A stretch of 32,000 bases of DNA from Pasteurella multocida (GCF_900187275.1 NZ_LT906458.1:810001-842000), one strand, 5' to 3'. Positions 1 through 10,389 are shown, counted from the first letter of the stretch. Notes: a model not told the origin generated them from the sequence alone. Made by a program: numbers and translations.

Positions 1-1160
1 GTGTGGACTTACGTAACGATCCATTAGCAATGCAACGTTTGAAAGAAGCGGGTGAAAAAGCCAAAATTGAACTGTCTTCTGCACAACAAACCGATGTCAA
101 TCTTCCATACATCACCGCAGATGCGACTGGACCAAAACACTTAAACATTAAATTAACCCGTGCAAAACTAGAATCATTAGTTGAGGATTTAGTGTCTCGC
201 TCATTAGAGCCAGTGAAAATTGCCTTAGCTGATGCTGGTTTAAGCGTATCGCAAATTGATGATGTCATCCTTGTTGGTGGTCAAACCCGTATGCCACTTG
301 TACAACAAAAAGTGGAAGCCTTCTTTGGTAAAGCACCTCGTAAAGACGTGAACCCAGATGAAGCGGTGGCAATTGGTGCTGCAGTACAAGGCGGTGTGTT
401 AGCCGGTGATGTCAAAGATGTCTTGTTATTAGACGTTACCCCACTTTCATTAGGTATCGAAACCATGGGTGGCGTGATGACAACCTTGATTGAGAAAAAC
501 ACTACGATTCCAACGAAGAAATCACAAGTGTTCTCAACGGCAGAAGATAACCAAAGTGCGGTAACTATCCACGTACTTCAAGGTGAGCGTAAACGTGCGG
601 CAGACAACAAATCTTTAGGTCAATTCAACCTAGAAGGGATCAACCCAGCACCACGCGGTATGCCACAAATTGAAGTGACTTTCGACATTGATGCGGACGG
701 TATCATCCACGTTTCTGCGAAAGATAAAGGCACAAACAAAGAGCAAAAAATCACGATTAAAGCCTCTTCCGGTTTAACCGATGAAGAAATTCAACAAATG
801 GTACGTGATGCAGAAGCGAACGCCGAAGCAGACCGTAAATTTGAAGAATTAGTGCAAGCCCGTAACCAAGCGGATCATTTAGTTCACGGCACTCGCAAAC
901 AATTAAGCGAAGTGGGCGATAAATTATCTGCTGAAGATAAAGCACCAATCGAAAAAGCGGTTGCAGAATTAGAAACTGCAGCGAAAGGTGAAGATAAAGC
1001 GGAAATCGAAGCGAAAGTACAAGCATTAATTCAAGTATCTGAAAAATTAATGCAAGCTGCACAACCACAACCAGAAGCGCAAGCACAGCAAGCGCAAAGC
1101 GGTAAGTCAAATGATGATGTGGTGGATGCAGAATTTGAAGAAGTGAAAGACAACAAATAA
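1..1160 (+). CDS. dnaK: Chaperone DnaK (Hsp70), C-terminal part, truncated by window start
   Basis: Open frame from the window edge; protein contains [76 protein letters not shown]. The M at base 3 is an internal GTG, not the real start. Confidence 0.98.
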   Translation, partial: VDLRNDPLAMQRLKEAGEKAKIELSSAQQTDVNLPYITADATGPKHLNIKLTRAKLESLVEDLVSRSLEPVKIALADAGLSVSQIDDVILVGGQTRMPLVQQKVEAFFGKAPRKDVNPDEAVAIGAAVQGGVLAGDVKDVLLLDVTPLSLGIETMGGVMTTLIEKNTTIPTKKSQVFSTAEDNQSAVTIHVLQGERKRAADNKSLGQFNLEGINPAPRGMPQIEVTFDIDADGIIHVSAKDKGTNKEQKITIKASSGLTDEEIQQMVRDAEANAEADRKFEELVQARNQADHLVHGTRKQLSEVGDKLSAEDKAPIEKAVAELETAAKGEDKAEIEAKVQALIQVSEKLMQAAQPQPEAQAQQAQSGKSNDDVVDAEFEEVKDNK

Positions 1161-1181
1161 TTTCACTCCTCACAAAAAATC

Positions 1182-1207
1182 GAAGGGCGTAGCGATACGC
1201 CCTTTCG
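1182..1207. terminator. Hairpin after dnaK (AAGGGCGTA/TACGCCCTT), weak T tail
   Basis: gaagggcgtagcgatacgccctttc about 20 nt after the dnaK stop; GC-rich stem. Confidence 0.5.
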
Positions 1208-1284
1208 GTGTATTGATTAATCCTCATTTTTCCTCACTTTATTTTTCTCAAGTGAAGTGAGGAAAAAACAATCTGGAGGAAAAA

Positions 1285-1683
1285 ATGGCTTTAACACTCT
1301 ACCCCATTGTGCAACAACGCTTGAATAACAAGATTGCCCATGAGATTATCCCTGCCCTGTGGCAAAACACGCTCAAGCAATTACCACAAGATCAGGATTG
1401 TTATGGGGTTTATTTCAATTATGCGGGCGATCACCAAGCGGATTATGATTTTGCGATTGCGAGTAGTGCTGTTTTAAAAACAGATTTTCCCACGATTGAC
1501 ATTGAGGATTTGAATGTTTACGAAGTTTTTCGTTGTAAAACGGATGAAATTTATCAAACGTGGCAACTGATCTGGAAAAAAGAACAACAAGGTTTACTTA
1601 AACGGGCTTATTCGGTGGATTTTGAAAAATACTACCCTGATGGTTTGGTAGAAATTTACATCGCTGTTGTACCACATTGTTAA
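1285..1683 (+). CDS. Hypothetical protein, possibly GyrI-like/AraC effector-binding-like fold
   Basis: 132 aa ORF, RBS ggagg at 1275-1279; motifs NVYEVFRCKTDEIYQTWQLIWKK and VEIYIAVVP weakly resemble effector-binding domains. Confidence 0.65.
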   Translation: MALTLYPIVQQRLNNKIAHEIIPALWQNTLKQLPQDQDCYGVYFNYAGDHQADYDFAIASSAVLKTDFPTIDIEDLNVYEVFRCKTDEIYQTWQLIWKKEQQGLLKRAYSVDFEKYYPDGLVEIYIAVVPHC

Positions 1684-1716
1684 GCCAAAAGTGTGTTCAA
1701 TATTTTATAAAAAATG

Positions 1717-1725
1717 ACCGCACTT
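1717..1725 (-). repeat. Hin-type DNA uptake signal core
   Basis: ACCGCACTT. Confidence 0.85.
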
Positions 1726-1756
1726 TACTCCCCAAAACAAACTCAAGGAAAACACA

Positions 1757-3025
1757 ATGGAATTTGCAACAAAATGTCTACATGCCGGTTATACACCGAA
1801 AAATGGTGAGCCTCGTGTTCAACCGATCGTACAAAGTACCACTTTTACTTACGATTCCGCCGAAGAAATTGGTAAGTTATTTGATTTACAAGCGGCTGGC
1901 TATTTTTACACCCGCCTTTCAAATCCTACTACCAATGCGGCAGAAGAAAAAATTACCGCACTTGAAGGCGGTGTAGCAACCATGTGTACCGCATCAGGGC
2001 AAGCCGCCGTGTTTTACGCGATGCTCAATATTTTACAAGCCGGTGATCACTTTATTTCTTCATCGTATGTTTACGGTGGTAGCTACAACTTATTTGCACA
2101 TACCTTCAAAAAAATGGGAATTGAGGTCACTTTTGTGGATCAAGATTTACCTCTTGAGGAATTAAAAAAAGCCATTCGCCCAAATACGAAAGCCATTTTT
2201 GCTGAAACTATTGCCAATCCCGCATTACGCGTGTTGGATATTGAAAAGTTTGTTGCACTTGCGAAGGCAGCACAAGCCCCTTTATTAGTTGACAATACTT
2301 TTGCAACCCCGTATTTTTGTCGCCCTATCGAATTTGGTGCTAACGTGGTAATTCATAGTACGTCAAAATATTTAGATGGGCATGCGATTGCGTTGGGAGG
2401 TTCGATCACAGATGGCGGGAATTTTGATTGGAATAATGGCAAATTCCCACAATTAAGCACACCTGATCAAACTTATCACGGTTTGGTTTATACCGAAACC
2501 TTTGGTCCAGCAGCTTATATTGTCAAAGCCCGTGTGCAATTAATGCGTGATTTAGGTGCCACACCGGCACCACAAAATAGTTTCTTGCTCAATGTGGGCA
2601 TGGAAACCCTTGCACTGCGTATGCAACGTCATTATGAAAATGCACAAGCGGTCGCCGAATTTTTAGAAAATCATCCACAAGTGGCAAAAGTGAGTTATCC
2701 GGGCTTGGCAAGTTCACCTGATCATGCACTAAAACAAAAATATTTACCAAACGGCTTATGTGGTGTGATTTCCTTTGAAATTAAAGGGGGAAGAGAAACT
2801 GCAGCAAAATGGCTGAATGCGCTACAACTGGCTTCTCGTGAAGTCCATGTAGCGGATATCCGCACTTGTGCTTTACATCCGGCGACGTCAACACACCGTC
2901 AATTAAGTGAGGCTGAATTAGAAAAAGTGGGGATTTCTGCGGGTTTAATTCGTCTTTCTTGCGGTATTGAAAGTATCCAAGATATTTTGGCTGATTTAGA
3001 ACAAGCATTCTACGCGGCAAAATAA
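1757..3025 (+). CDS. metY: O-acetylhomoserine aminocarboxypropyltransferase / sulfhydrylase (PLP-dependent Cys/Met metabolism family)
   Basis: 422 aa; KCLHAGYTPKNGEPRVQPIVQSTTF, PLP-lysine context IHSTSKYLDGHAIALGGSITDGG, LHPATSTHRQLSEAELEKVGIS. Confidence 0.93.
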   Translation: MEFATKCLHAGYTPKNGEPRVQPIVQSTTFTYDSAEEIGKLFDLQAAGYFYTRLSNPTTNAAEEKITALEGGVATMCTASGQAAVFYAMLNILQAGDHFISSSYVYGGSYNLFAHTFKKMGIEVTFVDQDLPLEELKKAIRPNTKAIFAETIANPALRVLDIEKFVALAKAAQAPLLVDNTFATPYFCRPIEFGANVVIHSTSKYLDGHAIALGGSITDGGNFDWNNGKFPQLSTPDQTYHGLVYTETFGPAAYIVKARVQLMRDLGATPAPQNSFLLNVGMETLALRMQRHYENAQAVAEFLENHPQVAKVSYPGLASSPDHALKQKYLPNGLCGVISFEIKGGRETAAKWLNALQLASREVHVADIRTCALHPATSTHRQLSEAELEKVGISAGLIRLSCGIESIQDILADLEQAFYAAK

Positions 3026-3079
3026 ATGTCATTAAGGCAGGCAATCTTGCCTGCCTATTTGAATAACACAGGGGATAGC

Positions 3080-3556
3080 ATGGCGATTGTAACAAATACC
3101 CCTATTTGGGTTTGGTGCGTTTTGCTTTGTTTACTCTACGTTGGCAGTAAACAAAGCAAAACACGTCAAATAAAACCTTATAAATTAACATTCTTGCCCT
3201 TGATATTTCTGCCTATAGTCATCATGTCTATAATGCAAAGTCATCACCCGCTTATCGCAGGTTTCGGATTCATTGTTGGCTTGGCGCTAGGTCTATTTTT
3301 AGGGTGGATAATTTGGAAGGATGCCCCTTTGTTACTAAGACAAGGGCAACAGTGGATACAAAGAGGAAGTTATCTTCCGCTTATCCTGTACTTATTCATT
3401 TTTATTTTTAGGTATGTTGTTGGCGTGGCACAACATACTCAACAAACAATAACAAAAACAGAATTCTTTAATTTTATTATTGGATTACCTACAGGGATTG
3501 GGCTTGGTGCGTTATTTGCGATTCTTTTATTTCGTCAACGACCAACCACCCACTAA
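3080..3556 (+). CDS. Hypothetical inner-membrane protein
   Basis: ATG at 3080 inside the longer ORF 3026-3556; multiple hydrophobic helices. Confidence 0.6.
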   Translation: MAIVTNTPIWVWCVLLCLLYVGSKQSKTRQIKPYKLTFLPLIFLPIVIMSIMQSHHPLIAGFGFIVGLALGLFLGWIIWKDAPLLLRQGQQWIQRGSYLPLILYLFIFIFRYVVGVAQHTQQTITKTEFFNFIIGLPTGIGLGALFAILLFRQRPTTH

Positions 3557-3603
3557 AATATAATCATTGTTATTTGATATCTTAAACGGAAAACTGAAAC
3601 ATT

Positions 3604-4722
3604 ATGGCAAAAAAAGATTATTACGACGTTCTTGGTGTTGAACGTGGTGCGGATGAAAAAGAAATTAAACGTGCTTATAAAAAATTGGCGATGAAATATC
3701 ATCCAGACCGCACCCAAGGCAACAAAGAGCTGGAAGAAAAATTTAAAGAAATCCAAGAAGCCTACGAAGTCTTAAGCGACAAACAAAAACGGGCGAACTA
3801 TGATCAATACGGTCATGCTGCCTTTGAACAAGGTGGCTTCGGTGGCGGTGGCTTTAGTGGTGCTGATTTCGGGGATATTTTTGGTGATATGTTCGGGGAT
3901 ATTTTTGGTGGTGGTCGTGCTCGCCAACGCGTCGTGCGTGGTGATGACTTGCGCTACGATCTTGAAATCAGCTTAGAAGAAGCGGTACGTGGCACGACGA
4001 AAGATATTCAAATCAATACCCTTGCCCATTGTGACAGCTGTGATGGTTCGGGTGCTGAGAAAGGCTCAAAAGTAGAAACTTGCTCAACCTGTCATGGTGC
4101 AGGACGTGTACGTCGTCAGCAAGGTTTCTTTGTGACTGAACAAGTCTGTCCTAGCTGTCATGGTTCGGGCAAAAAGATTGAGAAACCGTGTAAATCCTGT
4201 CATGGTGATGGACGTGTTCACAAGAAGAAAAATCTTTCAGTGAAAATTCCAGCGGGTGTCGATACAGGTAATCAATTACGCTTATCAGGCGAAGGGGCGG
4301 CAGGTGAAAATGGCGCACCAAATGGTGATCTATATGTTGTTATCCATGTACGAGATCATCATATTTTCGAACGTGATGGTAGCAATCTGTATTGTGAAGT
4401 GCCTATTAGTTTCACAATGGCAGCTTTAGGTGGTGAAATTGAAGTGCCAACCTTAGATGGTCGTGTCAAACTCAAAATCCCTGCAGAAACACAAACAGGT
4501 AAACTGTTCCGTATGCGTGGTAAAGGTGTTACTTCTGCACGTAGTGCTTACGCAGGCGATCTCATCTGCAAAATTATTGTTGAGACACCTGTTAAACTCA
4601 ATGAGGAACAAAAAGCGTTATTACGTCAATTAGAAGAAAGTTTAGAAGGTTCTAGTAACAAACCGAAATCCTCTAGTTTCTTTGATGGCGTTAAGAAATT
4701 CTTTGATAACTTAGGCAAATAA
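3604..4722 (+). CDS. dnaJ: Chaperone DnaJ (Hsp40)
   Basis: J domain with HPD ([30 protein letters not shown]), G/F-rich region, four CxxCxGxG-type zinc motifs. Confidence 0.99.
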   Translation: MAKKDYYDVLGVERGADEKEIKRAYKKLAMKYHPDRTQGNKELEEKFKEIQEAYEVLSDKQKRANYDQYGHAAFEQGGFGGGGFSGADFGDIFGDMFGDIFGGGRARQRVVRGDDLRYDLEISLEEAVRGTTKDIQINTLAHCDSCDGSGAEKGSKVETCSTCHGAGRVRRQQGFFVTEQVCPSCHGSGKKIEKPCKSCHGDGRVHKKKNLSVKIPAGVDTGNQLRLSGEGAAGENGAPNGDLYVVIHVRDHHIFERDGSNLYCEVPISFTMAALGGEIEVPTLDGRVKLKIPAETQTGKLFRMRGKGVTSARSAYAGDLICKIIVETPVKLNEEQKALLRQLEESLEGSSNKPKSSSFFDGVKKFFDNLGK

Positions 4723-4784
4723 GTTGAATAAAACACACTCCTCTGTTTTTCCTCCAAAAGGAGAAATACAGACAGGATAACCTC

Positions 4785-4811
4785 TTAAGCCCTGTATCAT
4801 GCAGGGCTTAA
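4785..4811. terminator. Hairpin downstream of dnaJ
   Basis: TTAAGCCCTG-TATCATG-CAGGGCTTAA, perfect 10-bp stem; weak T tail. Confidence 0.55.
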
Positions 4812-4951
4812 ATCATTTATCCAAATTTTCTTTGCTTAATTGTGAAAGCAAAGTATCACTATAAAGTGCCGTTATCGATTCTCTTATGTCGATAAACTCT
4901 GGCGATAACACCTAACTATTTCAGCTAGCGACATAAAAACAAAATTACTAT

Positions 4952-4970
4952 TTTAATAAAAATCATTATC
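4952..4970. promoter_or_regulatory. Fur-box-like operator upstream of hemoglobin-type receptor
   Basis: TTTAATAAAAATCATTATC, 15/19 to GATAATGATAATCATTATC, with further ATTATT repeat downstream. Confidence 0.75.
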
Positions 4971-5028
4971 ATTATTATATAACTCATGTAAACTATGAAT
5001 GTATTACTTATCTATTGAGGAGTCAGCC

Positions 5029-7383
5029 ATGAAATATCCCTTAAGCTATAAAAATATAGCAAGGTCCATTCCTTTTCTCTCATTCATTGCGTTTCCTCTG
5101 TATGCGCAAGAAACGACTGAATTAGAACAAATTACAGTACAAGAAAGCGCAACCGCTGAAGTGAACAAAACCTCACCAACAGTGATCAGCAAAAGCGCCA
5201 CGACCATTCAAAACGAAATGATTCGAGACACCAGAGATTTAGTCCGCTACACAACGGATGTGGGGATTAGCGATAATGGGCGTTTTTTGAAAGGCTTTGC
5301 GATGCGAGGCGTTGAGGATAACCGTGTTGGTATCAGTATTGATGGTGTTTCTTTGCCTGATTCAGAAGAAAACTCACTGTATGCGCGTTATGGTAACTTT
5401 AATAATTCCCGCCTAAGCATTGATCCTGAATTAATTCAAACCATTGATATTGTACGCGGCTCAGATTCCTTTAATGCAGGCAGCGGTTCATTAGGTGGCG
5501 GTGTGAATTATAACACTTTAGATCCACAACATATTGTTAAAGCAGGTAATTCCGTTGGTGCTTTACTACGAGGCAGTTATGCCAGTAAAAATCGTGAATG
5601 GGTTCGTACTTTAGGGATAGGCTATGTTGGCGAAAAATTTGATGCCTTATTGATGTATTCACAACGCACGGGGCACGAGTTTAAAAGTCGTGGTTCAGGT
5701 CCTGAATTTCGGTATTCCAGTAGCCAGTATCCCGATCCTGTGACACAACGCTTCCACAATTATCTCGCTAAAATGAATTATCAAATTAATGACAATCAAC
5801 GTATTGGTTTAACGCTGAATGGGCAAACAGGGGGGCGTTACATTGATGAGCGTTCTTATACGTTAATGGGCTCACAATGGCGTGAAGCCGATGATCAAAA
5901 CGAACGGTTGAATGCAAACTTATATTATATTTATGCACCAAGCACGGGATGGTTAGCCTACAGTAAATTTGATTTAGATTATCAAAAGACCGATCTGGCA
6001 GCAGTTAACTATAAAGGCGGACGCCATTTCACGACAGATGCTAAAGAGCTGAACGAAATTTATGATCGCCGTATGAAAACCGTGTTTACGCGCGGCAGTG
6101 TAGAACTCAATGCACAACCTGTACATTTCTATGGTGAACATACTTTAACTATCAAAGGCTATGTTAGCCAGCGCGATTTCAAAAATATCAATCAAGATCG
6201 TATCGGTATTGGCACAAACTACGACACACAATACCACTATACGATTCAATATCCTATTAGAACCAAGCAGTACGGACTTTCTTTGAAAGATCATGTGCGC
6301 TGGAATGACACCTTCTCAAGCCATTTAGGTTTACGTTATGACCATACAAAACTAAAACCAAAGGAACTCAATGCACCTTGTAGCAAAGCCTGTTTAGAAG
6401 AAGGAAAACCTAAACCGACCCGTTTCTCTACCGTTAGCACATTTGCGGGACTTGAGGCACAACTCAGCCCCTCATGGATGTTAGGCTACAATATTAGCAC
6501 CGGTTATCGTGTACCAACGGCTTCAGAAATGTTCTTCAGCTTTACCAATGCGTATGGCACGTGGAAATCTAACCCGAGCTTGAAACCCGAAAAAAGTATT
6601 AACCATACACTCTCTTTGAAAGGCAATAGTGAAAAAGGCTTGCTTGATCTCACCCTCTATCAAACAAACTATCGTCATTTCTTATTTGAACAAGAAAGTT
6701 TAATTCAACGTACCGAAATGCGCTATGGACGCCCTTATACTTACCAAAGCCAAGAACAACAAATGGTGAACTTAGATAAAGCAAAAATTTATGGTGTGGA
6801 ATTGAAAACCCATGTCAATTTAGATCAGATGATCGCTGTGATACCACAAGGCTTTAAGTTCTACGCCGCGCTCGGTTATAGCAAAGGTAAACTCTCTAAT
6901 AACGCCAGCCTACTTTCCATTCAACCGCTTAAAATTATTCTGGGGTTGGATTATGAAGCAACAAACGGCAAATGGGCTATTTTCAACCGCCTAACCTATT
7001 TGGGTGAAAAAAGAGCTAGTGATGCGAAAGTGTATGAAATTAAACGTCGCTGTACTGAATTTGTGACAGAAACAGATCCTTGGTCAGGTGAGCAAATTAC
7101 TCGCTGTAAAAAACGGGAATTGTATCCAGATTTATCTACTTATAAACACTTAAATAAATCTGCTTTTGTATTTGATACTTTTGGTTATTACAAGATCACG
7201 GACGATATCACGTTCCGAGCTGGCATTTATAATCTGTTTAATAAAAAATACCATACTTGGGATGCCTTACGTGGTATTAATGCCAATAGTACGTTAAATT
7301 CAGTTGACCGTGAAGGGAAAGGGTTACAACGCTTCTATGCGCCCGGACGTAATTATGCGGCTTCCCTTGAAATCCGTTTCTAA
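5029..7383 (+). CDS. TonB-dependent hemoglobin/transferrin/lactoferrin-family receptor (heme/iron uptake)
   Basis: ATG at 5029 (the 4999 ORF start is probably too early); signal peptide ending in AQE, plug VRYTTDVGISDNGRFLKGFAMRGVEDNRVGISIDG, C-terminal NLFNKKYHTWDALRG...YAASLEIRF ending in F. Confidence 0.9.
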   Translation: MKYPLSYKNIARSIPFLSFIAFPLYAQETTELEQITVQESATAEVNKTSPTVISKSATTIQNEMIRDTRDLVRYTTDVGISDNGRFLKGFAMRGVEDNRVGISIDGVSLPDSEENSLYARYGNFNNSRLSIDPELIQTIDIVRGSDSFNAGSGSLGGGVNYNTLDPQHIVKAGNSVGALLRGSYASKNREWVRTLGIGYVGEKFDALLMYSQRTGHEFKSRGSGPEFRYSSSQYPDPVTQRFHNYLAKMNYQINDNQRIGLTLNGQTGGRYIDERSYTLMGSQWREADDQNERLNANLYYIYAPSTGWLAYSKFDLDYQKTDLAAVNYKGGRHFTTDAKELNEIYDRRMKTVFTRGSVELNAQPVHFYGEHTLTIKGYVSQRDFKNINQDRIGIGTNYDTQYHYTIQYPIRTKQYGLSLKDHVRWNDTFSSHLGLRYDHTKLKPKELNAPCSKACLEEGKPKPTRFSTVSTFAGLEAQLSPSWMLGYNISTGYRVPTASEMFFSFTNAYGTWKSNPSLKPEKSINHTLSLKGNSEKGLLDLTLYQTNYRHFLFEQESLIQRTEMRYGRPYTYQSQEQQMVNLDKAKIYGVELKTHVNLDQMIAVIPQGFKFYAALGYSKGKLSNNASLLSIQPLKIILGLDYEATNGKWAIFNRLTYLGEKRASDAKVYEIKRRCTEFVTETDPWSGEQITRCKKRELYPDLSTYKHLNKSAFVFDTFGYYKITDDITFRAGIYNLFNKKYHTWDALRGINANSTLNSVDREGKGLQRFYAPGRNYAASLEIRF

Positions 7384-7396
7384 CCGTTCATGATAA

Positions 7397-7440
7397 AAAA
7401 CCTACCGCACTTTTGCATTGCGCAATGTGCGGTAGGTTTT
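7397..7440. terminator. Bidirectional terminator between convergent receptor and modC, containing a USS core
   Basis: AAAACCTACCGCAC ... GTGCGGTAGGTTTT, perfect 14-bp inverted repeat. Confidence 0.85.
7404..7412 (-). repeat. Hin-type DNA uptake signal core
   Basis: ACCGCACTT in a terminator stem. Confidence 0.85.
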
Positions 7441-7471
7441 AAATACGTTTTAAAAAAGCTAAAGCGTCAGT

Positions 7472-8527
7472 TTAAAGTACCGAAACAGCTTTAATTTGCG
7501 CAAAGACTGGTTGCCCAAGCTGTAATGCCAAGTCTTCTAATGCCCATTTACTAATGGTCGCCCAAATTGGCTTTTCATCAATCTCAATCTGCACATCTAC
7601 ACGATTTTCTCGTTCAACAATACGCTTCACTTTACCGTGTAGAATATTACGAATACTGGTTTTTTCTGGTTGTGTTAAACTAAGCGATACATCGGAGCCT
7701 TTAATACAAATACGGATGTTTTCCCCTACTTCTGCTTGTTGCGCCTTAATCCAAATCTGTTGTTGCTGTAAACCAAGAGCGGTGACTTGATAGCCAGTAT
7801 TGTTGTGTAAAATTGGCAAAGAAAGAACCGCACTTTGCTCATCCTCTAATTTCCAAGGTAAGAATAACGGATTTTCCCAAATCGACTCTAAACGATCAAA
7901 GGCTCGAACTTTTCCTTCATCTAGCAATACCACATATTCAGCTAAACGCAATAATTCTTCTATGCTATGTGTCACATACAAAATCGGAATATCAATCTTT
8001 TTCGATAAGGTTTCTAGATAACTCATCAACTCACGCTTACGCGGTAAGTCTAACGCTGAAAGCGGTTCATCCATCAGTAAAATTTCTGGCTGTGTTAAGA
8101 GTGCTCGACCAATCGCCACACGTTGTTTCTCACCACCAGACAAGGTAATAGGATAACGTTTGAGTAAATGCCCAATGCCTAACAACGACACAATATCATC
8201 AAATTTTGCTAGATCGATTTTCTTAATGCCGTAACATAAATTACCTTTGACGGTGTAATGCGGAAATAGTCGCGCATCTTGAAAAACATAGCCGATATGT
8301 CGTTGATAAGCGGGAATACAAATCGCTTTTGATTGATCCACAAGAACGCGATCATTTAAGGAAATATATCCCTCATCTGGATGAACTAAGCCACTTACTA
8401 AATTAATTAACGAGGTTTTACCTGAACCGGATAGTCCAAAAAGGGCGGTCACACCACGCGCAGGGATCTGTAAATTGGCTTCAAGGGCAAGCTGACCGAG
8501 TTGTTTCTTGACATTAATCTTTAGCAT
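7472..8527 (-). CDS. modC: Molybdate ABC transporter ATP-binding protein
   Basis: Walker [13 protein letters not shown] variant [11 protein letters not shown], signature [15 protein letters not shown], Walker [13 protein letters not shown]-terminal TOBE region; downstream of modB. Confidence 0.96.
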   Translation of the reverse strand: MLKINVKKQLGQLALEANLQIPARGVTALFGLSGSGKTSLINLVSGLVHPDEGYISLNDRVLVDQSKAICIPAYQRHIGYVFQDARLFPHYTVKGNLCYGIKKIDLAKFDDIVSLLGIGHLLKRYPITLSGGEKQRVAIGRALLTQPEILLMDEPLSALDLPRKRELMSYLETLSKKIDIPILYVTHSIEELLRLAEYVVLLDEGKVRAFDRLESIWENPLFLPWKLEDEQSAVLSLPILHNNTGYQVTALGLQQQQIWIKAQQAEVGENIRICIKGSDVSLSLTQPEKTSIRNILHGKVKRIVERENRVDVQIEIDEKPIWATISKWALEDLALQLGQPVFAQIKAVSVL

Positions 8528-9242
8528 GACTCTGCCCCAATTTTTTCTGCATGTTTTTTGCTAACCACTCCGACAATAACAAAGATATTAAAGAGAGAAT
8601 AATCGCTAAGACACATAATCTCGCGGCTTGTTCTTCTGCGCCGGGGGTTTGAATAAAGGTATACATCGCTAAAGGAATGGTTTGCGTTTCACCCGCAATA
8701 TTGGAAACAAAGGCAATGGTCGCACCAAATTCACCTAAAGAGCGGGCAAATCCAAGCACCACCCCGGCTAAAATACCCGGTAAAGAAAGTGGTAAAGTAA
8801 TCGTGAAAAACACACGCCAAGCGGATGCACCTAACGTTTGGGCAGCTTGTTCTAATTTCATATCAATACTTTCTAAAGACAAACGTATTGCACGTACCAC
8901 TAACGGAAAAGCAACTACTGCTGCAGCCAATACAGCCCCATTCCAACTAAAAGCAAAAGAAAATCCAAACCAAGAATAAAGATATTTACCAATAAAACCA
9001 TTACGCCCCATCGCGACTAATAATAAATATCCAATCACCACAGGAGGTAAAACAAGGGGAAGATGGATTAAGCCACTCACAAGGGATTTACCATAAAAAT
9101 TTTTACGTGCCAGTAACCATGCCATTAAAATCGCTACGGGTAAACTCCATAAAATGGCATTTAGTGACACACTCAAGCTGAGTTTCACAGCTTGTGTTTC
9201 GATCGTGGTTAAACCAAGTGAAGTCAAAAATTCAGTAAACAA
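8514..9242 (-). CDS. modB: Molybdate ABC transporter permease
   Basis: [72 protein letters not shown]. Confidence 0.96.
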   Translation of the reverse strand: MFTEFLTSLGLTTIETQAVKLSLSVSLNAILWSLPVAILMAWLLARKNFYGKSLVSGLIHLPLVLPPVVIGYLLLVAMGRNGFIGKYLYSWFGFSFAFSWNGAVLAAAVVAFPLVVRAIRLSLESIDMKLEQAAQTLGASAWRVFFTITLPLSLPGILAGVVLGFARSLGEFGATIAFVSNIAGETQTIPLAMYTFIQTPGAEEQAARLCVLAIILSLISLLLSEWLAKNMQKKLGQSHAKD

Positions 9243-9284
9243 AGGTAGTCCTTGATCTGATTAATAAAAATTCTAAAAAAATGT

Positions 9285-9293
9285 ACCGCACTT
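9285..9293 (-). repeat. Hin-type DNA uptake signal core
   Basis: ACCGCACTT in the modB-modA gap. Confidence 0.85.
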
Positions 9294-9434
9294 TTCGGCT
9301 GAACTCCGCCTCGTTTACGTACAGATGAACATGCGCATGATCTGAAGAAGCTGTTGCGATAACAAACTTGATACATGAAATAAAACAGTAAGGCCGAATC
9401 TTAATCCATTAAAATCACAAAAATAAAAAAGAAT

Positions 9435-9457
9435 AAGGACGCCAAGATGACGTCCTT
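9435..9457 (-). terminator. Rho-independent terminator between modA and modB
   Basis: Reverse strand AAGGACG-tcatcttgg-CGTCCTT followed by attcttttttattttt. Confidence 0.7.
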
Positions 9458-9473
9458 GCTCGTTTATATCGTG

Positions 9474-10244
9474 TTATTTCACTGAGAAACCGTAGCTGAC
9501 AAGTACTTTTTTCGCTTCTGCTGATTCTAAATAGTTTAAGAATTCGCGGGTTTCTGCATTATCGCGATCTTTTAATAAGGCGACTGGATATTCCACCGCT
9601 TTGTAAGTATCCGCAGGGAACACACCAACAATTTTCACCCCTTTGCTCACTTTACCATCTGTGCTATACACAATACCTAATGGCGCCTCAGCACGTTCAA
9701 CTAAAGCTAAAGCGGCACGCACATCTTTACCACGTGCTAATTTTGCTTCCACTTTATCCCACAATTTTAAGTTTGTTAACGCTTCTTTCGCATATTGTCC
9801 CGCTGGCACATGATCAGGATCGCCCACAGACAAGAAACTGTCTTTTAATTCGGCTACCCATTCACCTTTCGCTACATCGACTTCTTTTAATTGACTGGCT
9901 TCTGGCGCAATTAAAACCAATTCGTTACCAACTAACACTTTTTCGGTGTCTTTAATGGTTAATCCTTTATCTGAAAGGTGTTTCATCCATTTAGTGTTTG
10001 CTGAAACAAAAATATCGACGGGAGCCCCCTCTTCAATTTGTTTTGCAAGCGTTGAAGAAGACGCAAAAGAAAACACCAATTCTTGATCTGGTTTCACTTT
10101 TTTATAATCTTCTGCAATTTGGTTTAATGCATTAGTCATTGATGCAGCAGCAAATACCGTTACTTTCGCTTGCGCAGAAAGCGAAAATGCTAAACAAGCA
10201 GTTGCGAGTGAAACGGTGATCATTTTTAATTTAAGCATAGTCAT
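9474..10244 (-). CDS. modA: Molybdate ABC transporter substrate-binding protein
   Basis: Signal peptide; KVTVFAAASMTNALNQIAEDYKK, SSSTLAKQIEEGAPVDIFVSANTKWM, APLGIVYSTD. Confidence 0.96.
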   Translation of the reverse strand: MTMLKLKMITVSLATACLAFSLSAQAKVTVFAAASMTNALNQIAEDYKKVKPDQELVFSFASSSTLAKQIEEGAPVDIFVSANTKWMKHLSDKGLTIKDTEKVLVGNELVLIAPEASQLKEVDVAKGEWVAELKDSFLSVGDPDHVPAGQYAKEALTNLKLWDKVEAKLARGKDVRAALALVERAEAPLGIVYSTDGKVSKGVKIVGVFPADTYKAVEYPVALLKDRDNAETREFLNYLESAEAKKVLVSYGFSVK

Positions 10245-10281
10245 TTACCTTGTTAACGAGATGGATTGATTAAGATGTAAA

Positions 10282-10303
10282 CTTTATATAAAAAATTATA
10301 CAA
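10282..10303. promoter_or_regulatory. AT-rich element of the mod cis-motif class (candidate molybdate-responsive site)
   Basis: CTTTATATAAAAAATTATACAA, overlapping a TATAAT-like sequence on the modA strand. Confidence 0.35.
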
Positions 10304-10319
10304 TGTTTTAACAGAAAAA

Positions 10320-10340
10320 GGCTATATAAAAAATACACTT
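10320..10340. promoter_or_regulatory. Copy 1 of 21-nt motif shared between modA and modE upstream regions
   Basis: GGCTATATAAAAAATACACTT; 20/21 identical to 13350-13370. Confidence 0.5.
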
Positions 10341-10365
10341 GCGCAAAAATAAACCCATCACAAAA

Positions 10366-10374
10366 AAGTGCGGT
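10366..10374 (+). repeat. Hin-type DNA uptake signal core
   Basis: AAGTGCGGT, left arm of terminator. Confidence 0.9.
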
Positions 10375-10380
10375 TTTTTG

Positions 10381-10389
10381 ACCGCACTT
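10381..10389 (-). repeat. Hin-type DNA uptake signal core
   Basis: ACCGCACTT, right arm of terminator. Confidence 0.9.

Noticed and set aside
757-1227. 156-aa minus-strand ORF opposite dnaK
   Set aside because: Antisense shadow of dnaK, Leu/Arg-rich low-complexity translation.
1677-1976. 99-aa ORF overlapping the metY start
   Set aside because: Overlaps metY in another frame; metY has the strong family motifs.
4971-7383. Possible phase-variable receptor with tandem tetranucleotide repeats (as CCAA in some Haemophilus hemoglobin receptors)
   Set aside because: No tandem repeat tract seen at the start of this gene or of the other two receptors.
7554-8148. Plus-strand ORFs opposite modC
   Set aside because: Antisense to a clear ABC ATPase; no independent coding support.
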